Below, one piece after another: positions 51,833 through 61,564 of a stretch of DNA of 64,000 nt; position 1 is the stretch's first letter; every line of letters begins with the position of its first letter. Under the pieces are notes generated by a model. The model made no database searches and was not told the DNA's origin. It worked only from the letters and a program-made list of their open reading frames with translations. Location: positions 107,140 through 171,139 of the forward strand of contig JBAOHX010000001.1 of the NCBI GenBank assembly GCA_037044955.1. The letters run 5' to 3'. Made by a program: the position numbers and the translations under genes. Origin of the DNA: Rhodoblastus sp. (GTDB lineage Bacteria; Pseudomonadota; Alphaproteobacteria; Rhizobiales; Beijerinckiaceae).

Positions 51833-52312
51833 TCAGGCGTCGTTGGCGCCGGCGCGCAGCGTAGCGATTGCCGGCGGGACTTTCTTCAGGCGCACGACGA
51901 CATCGACGCCGACGATGCGCGTGCCGGGCGGCGGCGCGATCGGCAGCGCGGGCTCGGCGTGCCGCGGCATGTCGAACAGCTTCTCGTTCTGCTCGATGTA
52001 ATAATGGTAGTGCGAGCCGGTCGTCGTGTCGTACCACAGCTTCGACCCGTACAGCGCAACCTCGCGCAACAGGCCGCAGCGCGCGAAATCGCGCAAGGCG
52101 TTGTAGACGGTCGAGAGCGACGGCGGATAGCGCTCGGTCCGCGCCTCCTCGAACAATTGCTCGGCCGTCACGTGACGTGCGTCGCCGGCGAACAGGAGAC
52201 GCGCGATCTGCAGCCGTTGCCGTGTCGGCTTCAGCCCCGCTTGCCTCAGCTTGAGGGTCAAGATTTCTCGATCGCCCGAATGCACGCCTGTCGCCCCGGA
52301 ATTCCCGGTCAC
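51833..52312 (-). CDS. irr: Fur-family iron response regulator Irr
   Basis: In ORF 51833..52519. LRQAGLKPTRQRLQIARLLF...RHVTAEQL...SLSTVYNALRDF and the His-rich GSHYHYYIE (Irr HxH-type region). There is no in-frame ATG, so GTG 52312 or GTG 52285 is the probable start. Confidence 0.8.
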   Translation of the reverse strand: MTGNSGATGVHSGDREILTLKLRQAGLKPTRQRLQIARLLFAGDARHVTAEQLFEEARTERYPPSLSTVYNALRDFARCGLLREVALYGSKLWYDTTTGSHYHYYIEQNEKLFDMPRHAEPALPIAPPPGTRIVGVDVVVRLKKVPPAIATLRAGANDA

Positions 52313-52388
52313 ATTGCGGCAAGCCGGCGCAGGCGCGTTTGATCTGGCGCAAAAATCGCGCGGGGCGCGGCGGTTTTCAGGAGTTTGA

Positions 52389-52465
52389 TGGTACCGCCAC
52401 CCCGGCTCGAACGGGGGACCTCTAGATCCACAATCTAGCGCTCTAACCAACTGAGCTATGGCGGC
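52389..52465 (-). tRNA. tRNA-His (anticodon GUG), alphaproteobacterial type without G-1
   Basis: The reverse complement GCCGCCATAGCTCAGTTGGTTAGAGCGCTAGATTGTGGATCTAGAGGTCCCCGTTCGAGCCGGGGTGGCGGTACCA folds as a cloverleaf. The anticodon loop is TTGTGGA. It has a G1-U72 pair, discriminator A73 and encoded CCA. Confidence 0.95.
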
Positions 52466-52613
52466 ACGCGGGGCGCGGATTTCGCCGACGAACGGCGCGC
52501 GTCTTGCGCCGCGTTTCAATAAAAGAGCCGCGCGGGGATTGCAAGGCGCGCGCGCTCTGCAAAAGCAAACGCCGCCCTCTCTGGGGCGGCGCCGCGCGAC
52601 GGGAAACGAAGTC

Positions 52614-53288
52614 TTACTTCGCCTGAACCTTCTTGATCTGCGCCTGGATCGGGGCGCTCGCCTCGCTCGCCGTCTTCTTGGCGATTTCCGCGAATTCCTT
52701 GGCCTGCGCGATCGCGGCTTCGGACTGCGTGCGGATGAACTGGCCGTGCATCGACACGGCGTCCGCCAGCGTCTTGGCGCCGGCCAGCGCCTTCAGATGG
52801 TCGAAGGTCGCATTGGCGTTGACCTTGGCGACTTCCAGCGCCTTGGCGGCGAGCTCGGCCGCGCCCTTGGACGTGGCGGCGACGCTCGCCTCGATCGTGT
52901 GGGTCGCTTCGTCGCTGGCTTCCTTCATGCGCTCGAAGGCGGCGCGGCCCTGCTCGATCGTCTTCGAGGCGGCCTTGCGCAGATTGTCCTGCATGCCGGA
53001 GACGTCGACGGCGGCGATGGCCTTCGCCGGCGCTGCGGTCGCCTTCGCGGCGACGGGCTTGGCTTCGACAGGCTTGGCTTCGGCCGCCTTCGCGGGCGCG
53101 GCAGGCTTGGCCGGCGCCGGAGCGGGCTTGGCGACAGGCTTGGCTTCGACGGGCTTGGCTTCGGCGGGCTTGGCGGGCGCGGCGGGCTTCGCAGGCGCGG
53201 CCGCCTTCGCGGGAGCCTCGGGGGCCTTGGCCGGCGCCGCAGCCTTGACGGGAGCGGCGGGCGCTTTGGCGGGTCTACGGACTGCCAT
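52614..53288 (-). CDS. Phasin-family protein with Ala/Lys/Pro-rich repetitive N-terminal extension
   Basis: ORF 52614..53288. The N-terminal ~95 aa are AKP/AEAKPVEAKPV repeats. The C-terminal part is Phasin_2-like (AFERMKEASDEA...FDHLKALAGAKTLADAVSMHGQFIRTQ). Confidence 0.8.
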   Translation of the reverse strand: MAVRRPAKAPAAPVKAAAPAKAPEAPAKAAAPAKPAAPAKPAEAKPVEAKPVAKPAPAPAKPAAPAKAAEAKPVEAKPVAAKATAAPAKAIAAVDVSGMQDNLRKAASKTIEQGRAAFERMKEASDEATHTIEASVAATSKGAAELAAKALEVAKVNANATFDHLKALAGAKTLADAVSMHGQFIRTQSEAAIAQAKEFAEIAKKTASEASAPIQAQIKKVQAK

Positions 53289-53342
53289 GTTTCAATCTCC
53301 GGATCAGAGCGGTTCGCGTCCGCGGGACGCGGTCGGGAATAG

Positions 53343-53708
53343 TCAGGAAGACTTGGGCGTGACGGCCTTCTGGACGGCGGCGCCGAATTCCTTCGCCTGG
53401 TCCTGAAGGGTGGAAAGCTGCGACTTCAGATACTCGTTCTGCAATTGCAGGACTTCCTGCAGGTCCTTCGCATGCACGAGGTTCTGCGCATGGTCGAAGG
53501 CGGCCTTCACGTTGGCTTCGGCGTAGGCGACGGCCTTCGCGCCGACTTCCTTGACGCCGAGCGGCATCGCGAACGGGCCGGCTTCCGCTGCGGTCACCGC
53601 CTTCTGGGCGGCGCCGATGAATCCTTCAAACGCCTTGCGGGCCTGCTCGACGCTCTTTTCCGCGAAATCGCGCATTTCGGCCGGAATCTCATAAGGAATC
53701 TGCGCCAT
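53343..53708 (-). CDS. Phasin (PHA granule-associated protein)
   Basis: ORF 53343..53708. MAQIPYEIPAEMRDFAEKSVEQARKAFEGF...AFDHAQNLVHAKDLQEVLQLQNEYLKSQ. Confidence 0.85.
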   Translation of the reverse strand: MAQIPYEIPAEMRDFAEKSVEQARKAFEGFIGAAQKAVTAAEAGPFAMPLGVKEVGAKAVAYAEANVKAAFDHAQNLVHAKDLQEVLQLQNEYLKSQLSTLQDQAKEFGAAVQKAVTPKSS

Positions 53709-53973
53709 TGAAATCTCCTGTGGCTGCGTTTCCCGACGCGGGCGATTCTCTGCTTCTCCGCCCGTAGCGCAAGCAAACTATCACATCTTTGCTGCAATGC
53801 AACATCCCGTCTAAAGTTCATTGTGCACTGCAATGTGGCCGTTCATCATTAACTCATCAAAAGCCGGCCGGGCGGCGCCCGCGCGTAGACCCCCGGGCGC
53901 CGCGACGTTAAGACTCCATTAAGTCTGACGGGCCGGCTGGAGCCGGCGCGCATTGCGTACACAGGGCGTTGCG

Positions 53974-56900
53974 ATGAGCGAGGCTGAGTTCGGCCGCGAA
54001 GTGGCGAGGGAACACGTCGAGGCGGCTCTGGCCGACCCGGCTCTGGCGTCGCTGCGCCTGTCCGGGGCGCCCGTCGTCGTCATAGCCGGCGGGCCGGGCC
54101 GCGTCGTCTATGCAAGCGAAGGCGCGCAATCCCTGTTTGCCGGCGACCTGCCGGCGCTGGGACGCCGCCTCCTTCTGGGCGCCGAACCCGGCGCGCGCCG
54201 CATCGTCGCCCTCTCGCGCTCCCTGCTGCCGGGCGCCGCGCCGCGTCTCGAACGGTTGCGCTTCTTCTTCGGCCCCGTCGCAGAAACAGTGACGGTGCTC
54301 TGCCGCCGCGTCTCGGTCGCGCCCGGCGAAACGCTGTTCGCTCTGGCCGTTCTCGGCCTTCGCGCGCCGCAGGCGACGGCGCGGCGCGCCGGCGACGCCG
54401 AACCGCCGCATTTGAAGATTGCGGACGACGCGATCGAACCCAGCTCTGCCGCCGCGCCTGTCGCCCGGCTGCTGGCGGAAGCGGAAGAGGCGATGCGCGA
54501 GAACGCAGCGCCTCCGCCGTCGCCCGCGCCCGCGCCCGTAGCGCCGGCGCGCGGCGCGCGCTTCGCCTGGCGCACGGACGGCGATCACGTCGTCACCTTC
54601 GTCGCGCCCGCGCTCGGCGCGGAGATCGGCGCCGCCAACGCCGACATCGTCGGCCGTTCGTTCGTCGATGTCGCGCGCGACAAGCGCCTCGACGCCGACG
54701 GACGTCTCGTCGCCGCGCTTGCGGCCCGCGACACGTTCGCGGGCGTCGAAACCACGTGGCCGGCAGGCGAGGGGCTGCGCGCCACGATAGCCCTCGGCGC
54801 CGCGCCCGCATTCGACGAGGACGATCGCTTCGACGGCTTTCGCGGCTATGGCGTCGTGCATCCCGAACGTATCGCCGCGCCGCAACCCGAACAGCCGACG
54901 GAGGCCCCCGCGCTGACATCCGATGCGGCGGCGAAGGAGATCGAAGCGATCACGCGGCCCGCCGACGCGCCGCCGCCGCCGCTGGCGGTCGAGCGCGAAG
55001 GAGAGGCTGCCGCCACGAACGAGGCGCAGGCCGAGGCCGCGTTTTTCGCGCCCTATGCGGCGGAGGCGGCCGACGGTCCGATTGCGGACGCGGAAGCGGA
55101 CGAAGCCAACGACAACGAAATCAACTCGCAGTGAAGACGCCGGCGAGATCGTCGCCGTTTCCGACGCCGGCGAAGCCATGCGTCGCGGCGATGTCGGCGC
55201 GGAGCCGACCGCGCCGGCGGCGGAAGAGGCGGAGCCCTTCTACGAAGACGAATTGTCCGCGGACGACGAAGAGGACATTGCCGCGCGCGAAGAGACGGCG
55301 TCGCCCGCCGGCAATATCGTGCCCCTGCGCCCGCAGCATCCGGGGCGTCTTGCCGATGCGCCGACGCGTTCGCCCGCGGGCGAATTGTCGCCGGGCGAGA
55401 AATCGGCGTTCGAGGAAATCGGGCGCGCGCTCGGCGGCGAGCCTGCCGCCGAAAGCGCCGACGACGAGCCGAAACTCAGCCCCGCCGCGACAAAGCGCGC
55501 GCGCGATCTGATCGATCTCGTCGCGCGCTTCGGACGTTCCGACGAGCCTGCGGAAGAGCCGAAGCCCAAGGAAGAATCGAAGCCGTCGCCGCTCGCGGCG
55601 GTTTCCGAGGACACATCGGCGAAGATCGCCGCGCAACTGCCGGAGCGCAATGCGGCGGCCGTGCTGGAGCGTCTGCCTGTCGGCGTCGTCGTCAGCCGTT
55701 TCAACGTGCCGATCTACGCCAATCGCACGCTGCTCGATCTTCTCGACTACAGCGACATCGACGCGTTTCACCAAGCCGGCGGCCTCGATCGCCTGTTCCG
55801 CGGTCGCGCGCCCGACAGCGGCGTCGCGCAGATCGAAACGCGCGACGGCGAAGTTCTGCCTGTCGACGCGCGTGTGCAGGCGGTCGATTGGGACGGCCAG
55901 CCCGCGACGCTCGTCACCCTGCGCCGCGCGCAAGAGAACCGCCCGCAAGAGAACCGCCTACAAGAAATTCGGGCGCAAGAAGATCGGACGCAGGAGAATG
56001 CCGACGCCGCCAGGGCGAAGGCGCTGGAGCTCGATCTGCGCCAGCGCGACGCCGAAGCGCGCGAATTGCACGCCATCCTCGACACGGCGACCGACGGCGT
56101 CGCCGTGCTCGACGCCGACGGCCGCATCCTCTCGCTCAATCGTTCCGGCGAGGCTTTGTTCGGCTTCGATCAGAACGAGGTGGCCGGCGAGCCTTTCTCG
56201 GCGCTCGTCGCAAAAGAAAGCCAGGAGGCGGTCGCCGCCTATTTCGACGGCGTGAAGTCGGGCGGCGTGCAAAGCGTTCTCAACGACGGCCGCGAGATTT
56301 TCGCGCGCGCGCGCCAGGGCGGAAGCATTCCCGTTTTCGTCACGCTCGGCCGCCTCGGCAGCGGCGCGACGCCGAAATTCTGCGCCGTGCTGCGCGATCT
56401 CACGGCATGGAAGAAGGCCGAGCGGGAACTGGGCGACGCCCGCCGCGAAGCCGAGCGCGCCAGCGCGCTGAAATCCGATTTCCTCGCCAAGGTCAGCCAC
56501 GAAATCCGCACGCCGCTCAACGCCATCCTCGGCTTCGCCGAAGTCATCATGGACGAGCGCTTCGGCCCGGTCGGCAATGCGCGCTACCGCGACTACATGC
56601 GCGACATCCACAAATCGGGCGAGCACGTGCTGAGCCTCGTCAACGATCTGCTCGATCTCTCCAAGATCGAGGCGGGCAAGGTCGATCTCACCTTCACCAG
56701 CGTCGACATCAATGCGGTCGTCGCCGAATGCGTGTCGCTCATGCAGCCGCAGGCCAATCGCGACCGCGTCGTCATGCGCCTGTCGCTCGCGCCCAATCTG
56801 CCGAACATCGTCGCCGACGAGCGCTCGATGCGCCAGATCGTGCTCAACCTTCTGTCCAACGCCGTGAAGTTCAACGAGCCCGGCGGGCAGGCGATCGTCT

Positions 56901-57163
56901 CCACCGCGCTCACCGACGCCGGCCACGCCGTCGTGCGCATCAAGGATACCGGCGTCGGCATGAGCGACGACGAATTGCAGACGGCGCTCGAGCCGTTCCG
57001 CCAGGTGTCGACATCCCGCAAGAGCGAGGGCACGGGCCTCGGGCTTCCGCTCACCAAGGCGCTGGTCGAAGCCAACCGCGCGTCCTTCACCATCCGCAGC
57101 CGCAAGGGCGAAGGCACGATGGTCGAAGTAACCTTCCCGCCGACGCGCGTTCTGGCGGAGTAG
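53974..57163 (+). CDS. PAS-domain sensor histidine kinase (PdhS/PleC-DivJ-like, ~1060 aa); apparent frameshift near 55100-55140
   Basis: ORF 53953..55134 (N-terminal domain, acidic linker) and ORF 54923..57163 (acidic linker continues SEDAGEIVAVSDAGEA..., PAS, H-box FLAKVSHEIRTPLNAI, N-box LLSNAVKF, G-boxes DTGVGM / GTGLGL). The combined length fits PdhS-type kinases. Alternatively there are two genes, the second starting at ATG 55178. Confidence 0.75.
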
Positions 57164-57209
57164 GGGCGCGGAAGACCGCTATCGACCGGTTGCGGACAGT
57201 ATCCTCTCC

Positions 57210-57599
57210 GCGTCATGGCCGGGCTTGTCCCGGCCATCCACGCCGGGCAGCATCAGATCATGCGGGGCGGCTGGGTCTACATCATGACGAACCACGCCAA
57301 CGGCGTGCTCTACGTCGGCGTCACGTCCGACCTCTCCCGTCGCGCCTATGAACATCGCGAAGGCCTGATCAAGGGCTTCACGAAGCGCTATGGACTGAAG
57401 CGGCTCGTCTACTTCGAACGCTACGACGACATTCGAGATGCGATCCAGCGCGAGTCGAACCTGAAACACTGGCGGCGCGCGTGGAAAGTGAGACTCATCC
57501 TCGACTCGAATCCGGGGTGGCGTGATCTCTACGAGGACTTGGCTTGACGTTCGCTGCTCGGCTCGGCGTGGATGGCCGGGACAAGCCCGGCCATGACGC
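57210..57599. mobile_element. GIY-YIG cassette bounded by perfect 35-bp inverted repeats
   Basis: gcgtcatggccgggcttgtcccggccatccacgcc at 57210..57244 is exactly reverse-complementary to 57565..57599. Each copy contains an internal palindrome ATGGCCGGG-N5-CCCGGCCAT. The cassette sits between convergent genes. Confidence 0.45.
57260..57547 (+). CDS. GIY-YIG nuclease family protein (~95 aa)
   Basis: ORF 57215..57547 with ATG 57260 preferred (MRGGWVYIMTNHANGVLYVGVTSDLSRRAYEHREG...RESNLKHWRRAWK). GIY(VYI)...YVG and the conserved Arg/Glu are present. Confidence 0.85.
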   Translation: MRGGWVYIMTNHANGVLYVGVTSDLSRRAYEHREGLIKGFTKRYGLKRLVYFERYDDIRDAIQRESNLKHWRRAWKVRLILDSNPGWRDLYEDLA

Positions 57600-57662
57600 A
57601 TTCAGGGATGCGTCCACTTTCCGCCCATAGCGCAGGTTCCAAGGCAAGCCCGCTCGCCCGCC

Positions 57663-60368
57663 CTACGTCTCCGCGATCTTCTCCGTCAGATCCAGCGTCA
57701 CGATGCTCACGCCCGGCTCCTCGCGCGACTCGCGCTGCCTGAAGCCGAGCGCCTTGCACATCTGCAGCATCGGCTGATTCTCGGTCAGCACCTGCCCGTC
57801 GATCCTGTGCAGGCCGAGGCGCCGGCCGTGTTCGATCATCATCTTCATCAGCGTCCAGCCGAGCCCTTGCCCCTTTGCGTTGGGCCCGAGCAGGATGGCG
57901 TATTCGCCTTCGGTCAGGTCGGCGTCCATCATCAGCCGCACGCCGCCGAGCATTTCGCCCGTGTCCACCTTGATGGCGGCCACCGCATAGGCGCGCGCGT
58001 AGTCGATCTGCGTGAGACGCGCGAGGAAGGCGTGGCTGAACGCCTTTACCGGCGCGAAGAAGCGCAGGCGCAGATCGTTCTGCGGCACGGTCTCGAAGAA
58101 AGCGTGATACATCTCTTCGTCTTCCGGCCGCACCGGGCGCACGAGCACTTCCGACCCGTCCTTGACGCGGATCGTCTGCTCGAGATCCTTCGGGTAGGGC
58201 GCGACCGCGAAACGGCGGTTCGACTGGCCGACGCGCTGCTTCGGATCGGGTTCCACGCGGATGCGCGCGTCGACCACCATCACGCCGTCCTCGTCGGCGA
58301 GCAGCGGATTGAGGTCGAGCTCGCGCACTTCCGGCACGTCGGCGGCGAGCTGCGCCAGCTTGACGAGGGTCAGCGCCACGGCGTCGATGTCGGCGCGCGG
58401 CACGTCGCGATAATATTCGAGGATGTTGGCGACGCGCGTGCGCTTGATCATGTCGTGCGCGAGCGCGAGGTCGAGCGGCGGCAGCGCCAGCGAGCGGTCC
58501 TCGATGATCTCCACCGCCTTGCCGCCGCGCCCGAACACGATCACCGGGCCGAAGGTCGGATCGTCGGCGATGCCCGCGATCAGTTCGCGCCCGTGCGGAC
58601 GCTTGATCATCGGATGCACGGTCACGCCCTCGATGCTCGCTTGCGGAATTTCGCGCCCGATGCGCGCCATCATCTCGCGCGCCGCCTCTACCGCGGCGTC
58701 GGGCGTGCGGATGTCGAGCACGACGCCGCCGATATCCGACTTGTGCGCGATGTCGCGCGAAACGATCTTGATGACGCAGGCGCGCGAGCGCGCGATGTAC
58801 AGGCGCGCGAGTTCGCCGGCTTCTTCCGGCGTGCGGGCGAAACGCGCGGGCGCCACGGGAATGTCGTAGGCGTCGAGCAGCATGGTCATCTCGACCGGCG
58901 CCAGCCAGCGATGGCCACGATGGATCGCCTGGGCGACGACGCTGCGCGCGCGCGCCACGTCGGGCTCGAAATCCTCCGGCAGGTTCGGCGGCGTGCTCAT
59001 CATGAACTCGCGCGCCTCGTTCCAGCGCACCATGTGCATGAATCCGCGCACGGCGCCGTAGGCATAGTGCGGAATGCGCGCGTCCTCGAAAATCTTGTCG
59101 GTCTCCTCCGTCGCGCCGAACCACACGGCGAACACGGGCTTCGGCGACAGCGTGCGCTTGCGCGCCTCCTTCACGGCGGCGACCACCGCGTCGGCCGCTT
59201 CCGGCGATCGCGACAGGGCGCTGGGCGCATGCATCACCATGATCGCGTCGGTCGTCTTGTCCTCCAGCAGCGCGCCGACCGCCGTCTTGAACCGCGCGGG
59301 ATCGGCGTCGCCGTCGATGTCGAGCGGGTTCTCCTTCGATATATCAGGCGGCAGCACGCCTTCGAGCTTCGTCCATGTCGCGGGCTCGATCGGCGCGAGC
59401 TTGCCGCGCTGGTCGGCGAGTCGGTCCGCCGCGAGCCGCCCGAGGCCGCCGCCGTTGGAGACGATGGCGAGGCGTCCGCCGGGGAAGGGCTTGATGCGCC
59501 CGAGCGCCTCGGCGGCGTCGAACAATTCGTCGACGTCGCCGACGCGCAGCAGGCCGGCGCGGCGGAAGGCGGCGTCGTAGACCGTGTCGGGGCCCGCCAT
59601 GTTGGCGACCGACGAGCCGCCGCGCGGCCCGCGCTTGTGGCGGCCGGACTTGACGACGATGACAGGTTTCACGCGCGCGGCGGCGCGCGCGGCCGACATG
59701 AATTTCTGCGCGTCTTCCAGCCGGTCGATGTAGAGCAGGATGGCGCGCGTCGCGACGTCGAGCGCGAAATAGTCGAGCAGGTCGCCGAAATCGACGTCGA
59801 CCATTTCGCCCGCCGACACCATGCCGGAGAAGCCGACGTGCCGCTTGTGCGCCCAGGCGAGCAGCGCCGCGCCGATCGCGCCGGATTGCGAGACGAGCGC
59901 GAGATCGCCGGCGGGCGCCTGCTGGCCGGAAAGCGAGGCGTTGAGGCCTGCCTTCGGCACGAGAACGCCCAGGCAATTCGGGCCGATGATGCGCATCCGG
60001 TCGCGTTGCGCGATCTTCTTCAGCCGCTCCGTCATCTCGCCGCCGCGCCATCCCTCGGGATCGCGCGTCATCACCAGCGCGCCCGGCACGCCGAGCCGCT
60101 CGGCTTCTTCGAGTTGCGCCACGACATGCTCGGCGGGCGCGGCGACGACGAGCAGATCCGGCGGCGTCGCGAGATCGGCGAGCGCGCGCACGCAGGGGCG
60201 CCCGTCGATTTCCTCGTAGCGCGGATTGATCAGCGAAATCTCGCCCTTGAAGCCGGCGCCCACGATATTGTCGAACAGCGCCCGGCCGGACGAGCCCGGC
60301 CTCGGGCTCGCGCCGACCAGCGCCAGCGACTTCGGCGAGAAAATGCGGTCGAGCGCCCGCGTGCCCAT
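57663..60368 (-). CDS. Bifunctional NDP-forming acyl-CoA synthetase-like / GNAT protein acetyltransferase (Pat-type)
   Basis: ORF 57663..60461 with ATG 60368. CoA-binding SLALVGASPRPGSSG, succinyl-CoA-ligase-like and ATP-grasp regions, and a C-terminal GNAT (AILLGPNAKGQGLGWTLMKMMIEHGRRLGL). Confidence 0.85.
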   Translation of the reverse strand: MGTRALDRIFSPKSLALVGASPRPGSSGRALFDNIVGAGFKGEISLINPRYEEIDGRPCVRALADLATPPDLLVVAAPAEHVVAQLEEAERLGVPGALVMTRDPEGWRGGEMTERLKKIAQRDRMRIIGPNCLGVLVPKAGLNASLSGQQAPAGDLALVSQSGAIGAALLAWAHKRHVGFSGMVSAGEMVDVDFGDLLDYFALDVATRAILLYIDRLEDAQKFMSAARAAARVKPVIVVKSGRHKRGPRGGSSVANMAGPDTVYDAAFRRAGLLRVGDVDELFDAAEALGRIKPFPGGRLAIVSNGGGLGRLAADRLADQRGKLAPIEPATWTKLEGVLPPDISKENPLDIDGDADPARFKTAVGALLEDKTTDAIMVMHAPSALSRSPEAADAVVAAVKEARKRTLSPKPVFAVWFGATEETDKIFEDARIPHYAYGAVRGFMHMVRWNEAREFMMSTPPNLPEDFEPDVARARSVVAQAIHRGHRWLAPVEMTMLLDAYDIPVAPARFARTPEEAGELARLYIARSRACVIKIVSRDIAHKSDIGGVVLDIRTPDAAVEAAREMMARIGREIPQASIEGVTVHPMIKRPHGRELIAGIADDPTFGPVIVFGRGGKAVEIIEDRSLALPPLDLALAHDMIKRTRVANILEYYRDVPRADIDAVALTLVKLAQLAADVPEVRELDLNPLLADEDGVMVVDARIRVEPDPKQRVGQSNRRFAVAPYPKDLEQTIRVKDGSEVLVRPVRPEDEEMYHAFFETVPQNDLRLRFFAPVKAFSHAFLARLTQIDYARAYAVAAIKVDTGEMLGGVRLMMDADLTEGEYAILLGPNAKGQGLGWTLMKMMIEHGRRLGLHRIDGQVLTENQPMLQMCKALGFRQRESREEPGVSIVTLDLTEKIAET

Positions 60369-60570
60369 TCTGCTTATCCTCGAACTGACGCGGCCGGCCC
60401 GGCCGGTTTGCGTACCGGAATTATCATGCTGCATTGCAGCACGGGCAAGGCGGGAATTCATTGAGATCGCGCAAAGCGCATGCGCATCGAGCCCGCAAGC
60501 CGATTGACAGTCAACCGGCGTCTCGCTTCACTCTCCGCAACCCCGGGGACAGGGACAGAGGGAGCTGATC

Positions 60571-60942
60571 ATGAAGCGAATGATTTTGGCGGGCGTGGGC
60601 GTGCTCGCGCTGATGGGGCCTGCGATGGCGGCGGACATCGTCGGCACCTGGCTGCGCAGCAACGGCGAATCGCGCGTGCGCATGGCGCCTTGCGGCGGCG
60701 GCGTCTGCGGCACCATCACCTGGCTCAAGACGCCCGGCAAGAGCGACGCCAAGGTCGGCCAGCAGGTTTTCTACAACATGAAACCGGACGGTTCCGGCGG
60801 CTGGGAAGGCTCGGCCTTCAATCCCGAGGACGGCAAGACCTATGCCGGCAAGGCCTCGGTCTCCGGCTCCAGCATGACCACCAAGGGCTGCGTGCTCGGC
60901 GGCATGATCTGCAAGTCCGTGAGCTGGTCGCGCGTCAACTGA
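60571..60942 (+). CDS. DUF2147 domain-containing periplasmic protein
   Basis: ORF 60571..60942. Signal peptide, then IVGTWLRSNGESRVRMAPCGGGVCGTITWLK...GKTYAGKASVSGSSMTTKGC. Confidence 0.8.
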   Translation: MKRMILAGVGVLALMGPAMAADIVGTWLRSNGESRVRMAPCGGGVCGTITWLKTPGKSDAKVGQQVFYNMKPDGSGGWEGSAFNPEDGKTYAGKASVSGSSMTTKGCVLGGMICKSVSWSRVN

Positions 60943-61564
60943 ACCGCAAGATCGGCGGCGCGCTCGGATGCCATTCGGGCGCGTAGCCGGCCGATAGCGC
61001 GGCAAGGTTCGTGGGCGGCGTGAGGCAGGCGACCTCGCGCTTGCGCGGTCGTGGCGCGGGCGCGCCGTAGCCGGCAAACGACCACGAAAAAATCCGGTCG
61101 CCCCTGATCGCGAAAGCCTGCGCGCCTGCGGCGTAGATCGCCCCGTCGGGCAAATCGTCGATCTGCGACGGATGCGTGCGCTTGGCGCGGCCGTCGCGGC
61201 GCTCGGCGTCCAGACGCCGGTCGAGGTCGCCCGCCCGCAACGTCTCCGTCGGGTCGATCGCGGCGCGATAGGCGAGCGCCCGGTCGCGCCGGCATTCGAA
61301 GCACGGCCGGTGGCCGGCGGCGAGCGCCGTGGGTTCGTCGAGGAAGAAAAGGTCGGTGTAGCGCCTGCCGAACACCACGTTGCGCCGGTTCTTGAACGCG
61401 CACAGGCACGTGATCCATTGCTTCGATTTCCAGCGCGAGGTCCCGAGCGTCTGGTCGCCGCGGTGAAACCGCCCGCCGCGATTGCCGTAGAACAGGCCGC
61501 GTTCGGGCGTGGCGTGGATATCGCCGAAGGGGTCGACGCGGTTCTGGAGCGGCGAGGGACGCAT
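60935..61564 (-). CDS. Conserved hypothetical protein (209 aa) with CxC and CxxC motifs
   Basis: ORF 60935..61564. Its start directly abuts the stop of the upstream Cys-rich mini-protein gene. QWITCLCAF...YTDLFFLDEPTALAAGHRPCFECRR. Confidence 0.6.
   Translation of the reverse strand: MRPSPLQNRVDPFGDIHATPERGLFYGNRGGRFHRGDQTLGTSRWKSKQWITCLCAFKNRRNVVFGRRYTDLFFLDEPTALAAGHRPCFECRRDRALAYRAAIDPTETLRAGDLDRRLDAERRDGRAKRTHPSQIDDLPDGAIYAAGAQAFAIRGDRIFSWSFAGYGAPAPRPRKREVACLTPPTNLAALSAGYAPEWHPSAPPILRFS

Noticed and set aside
53030-53270. Repetitive DNA in the phasin gene, considered as a possible CRISPR or non-coding tandem array.
   Set aside because: The repeats are in-frame Ala/Lys/Pro-coding units inside a continuous ORF. 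There is no repeat-spacer periodicity, and no cas genes are present in the window.
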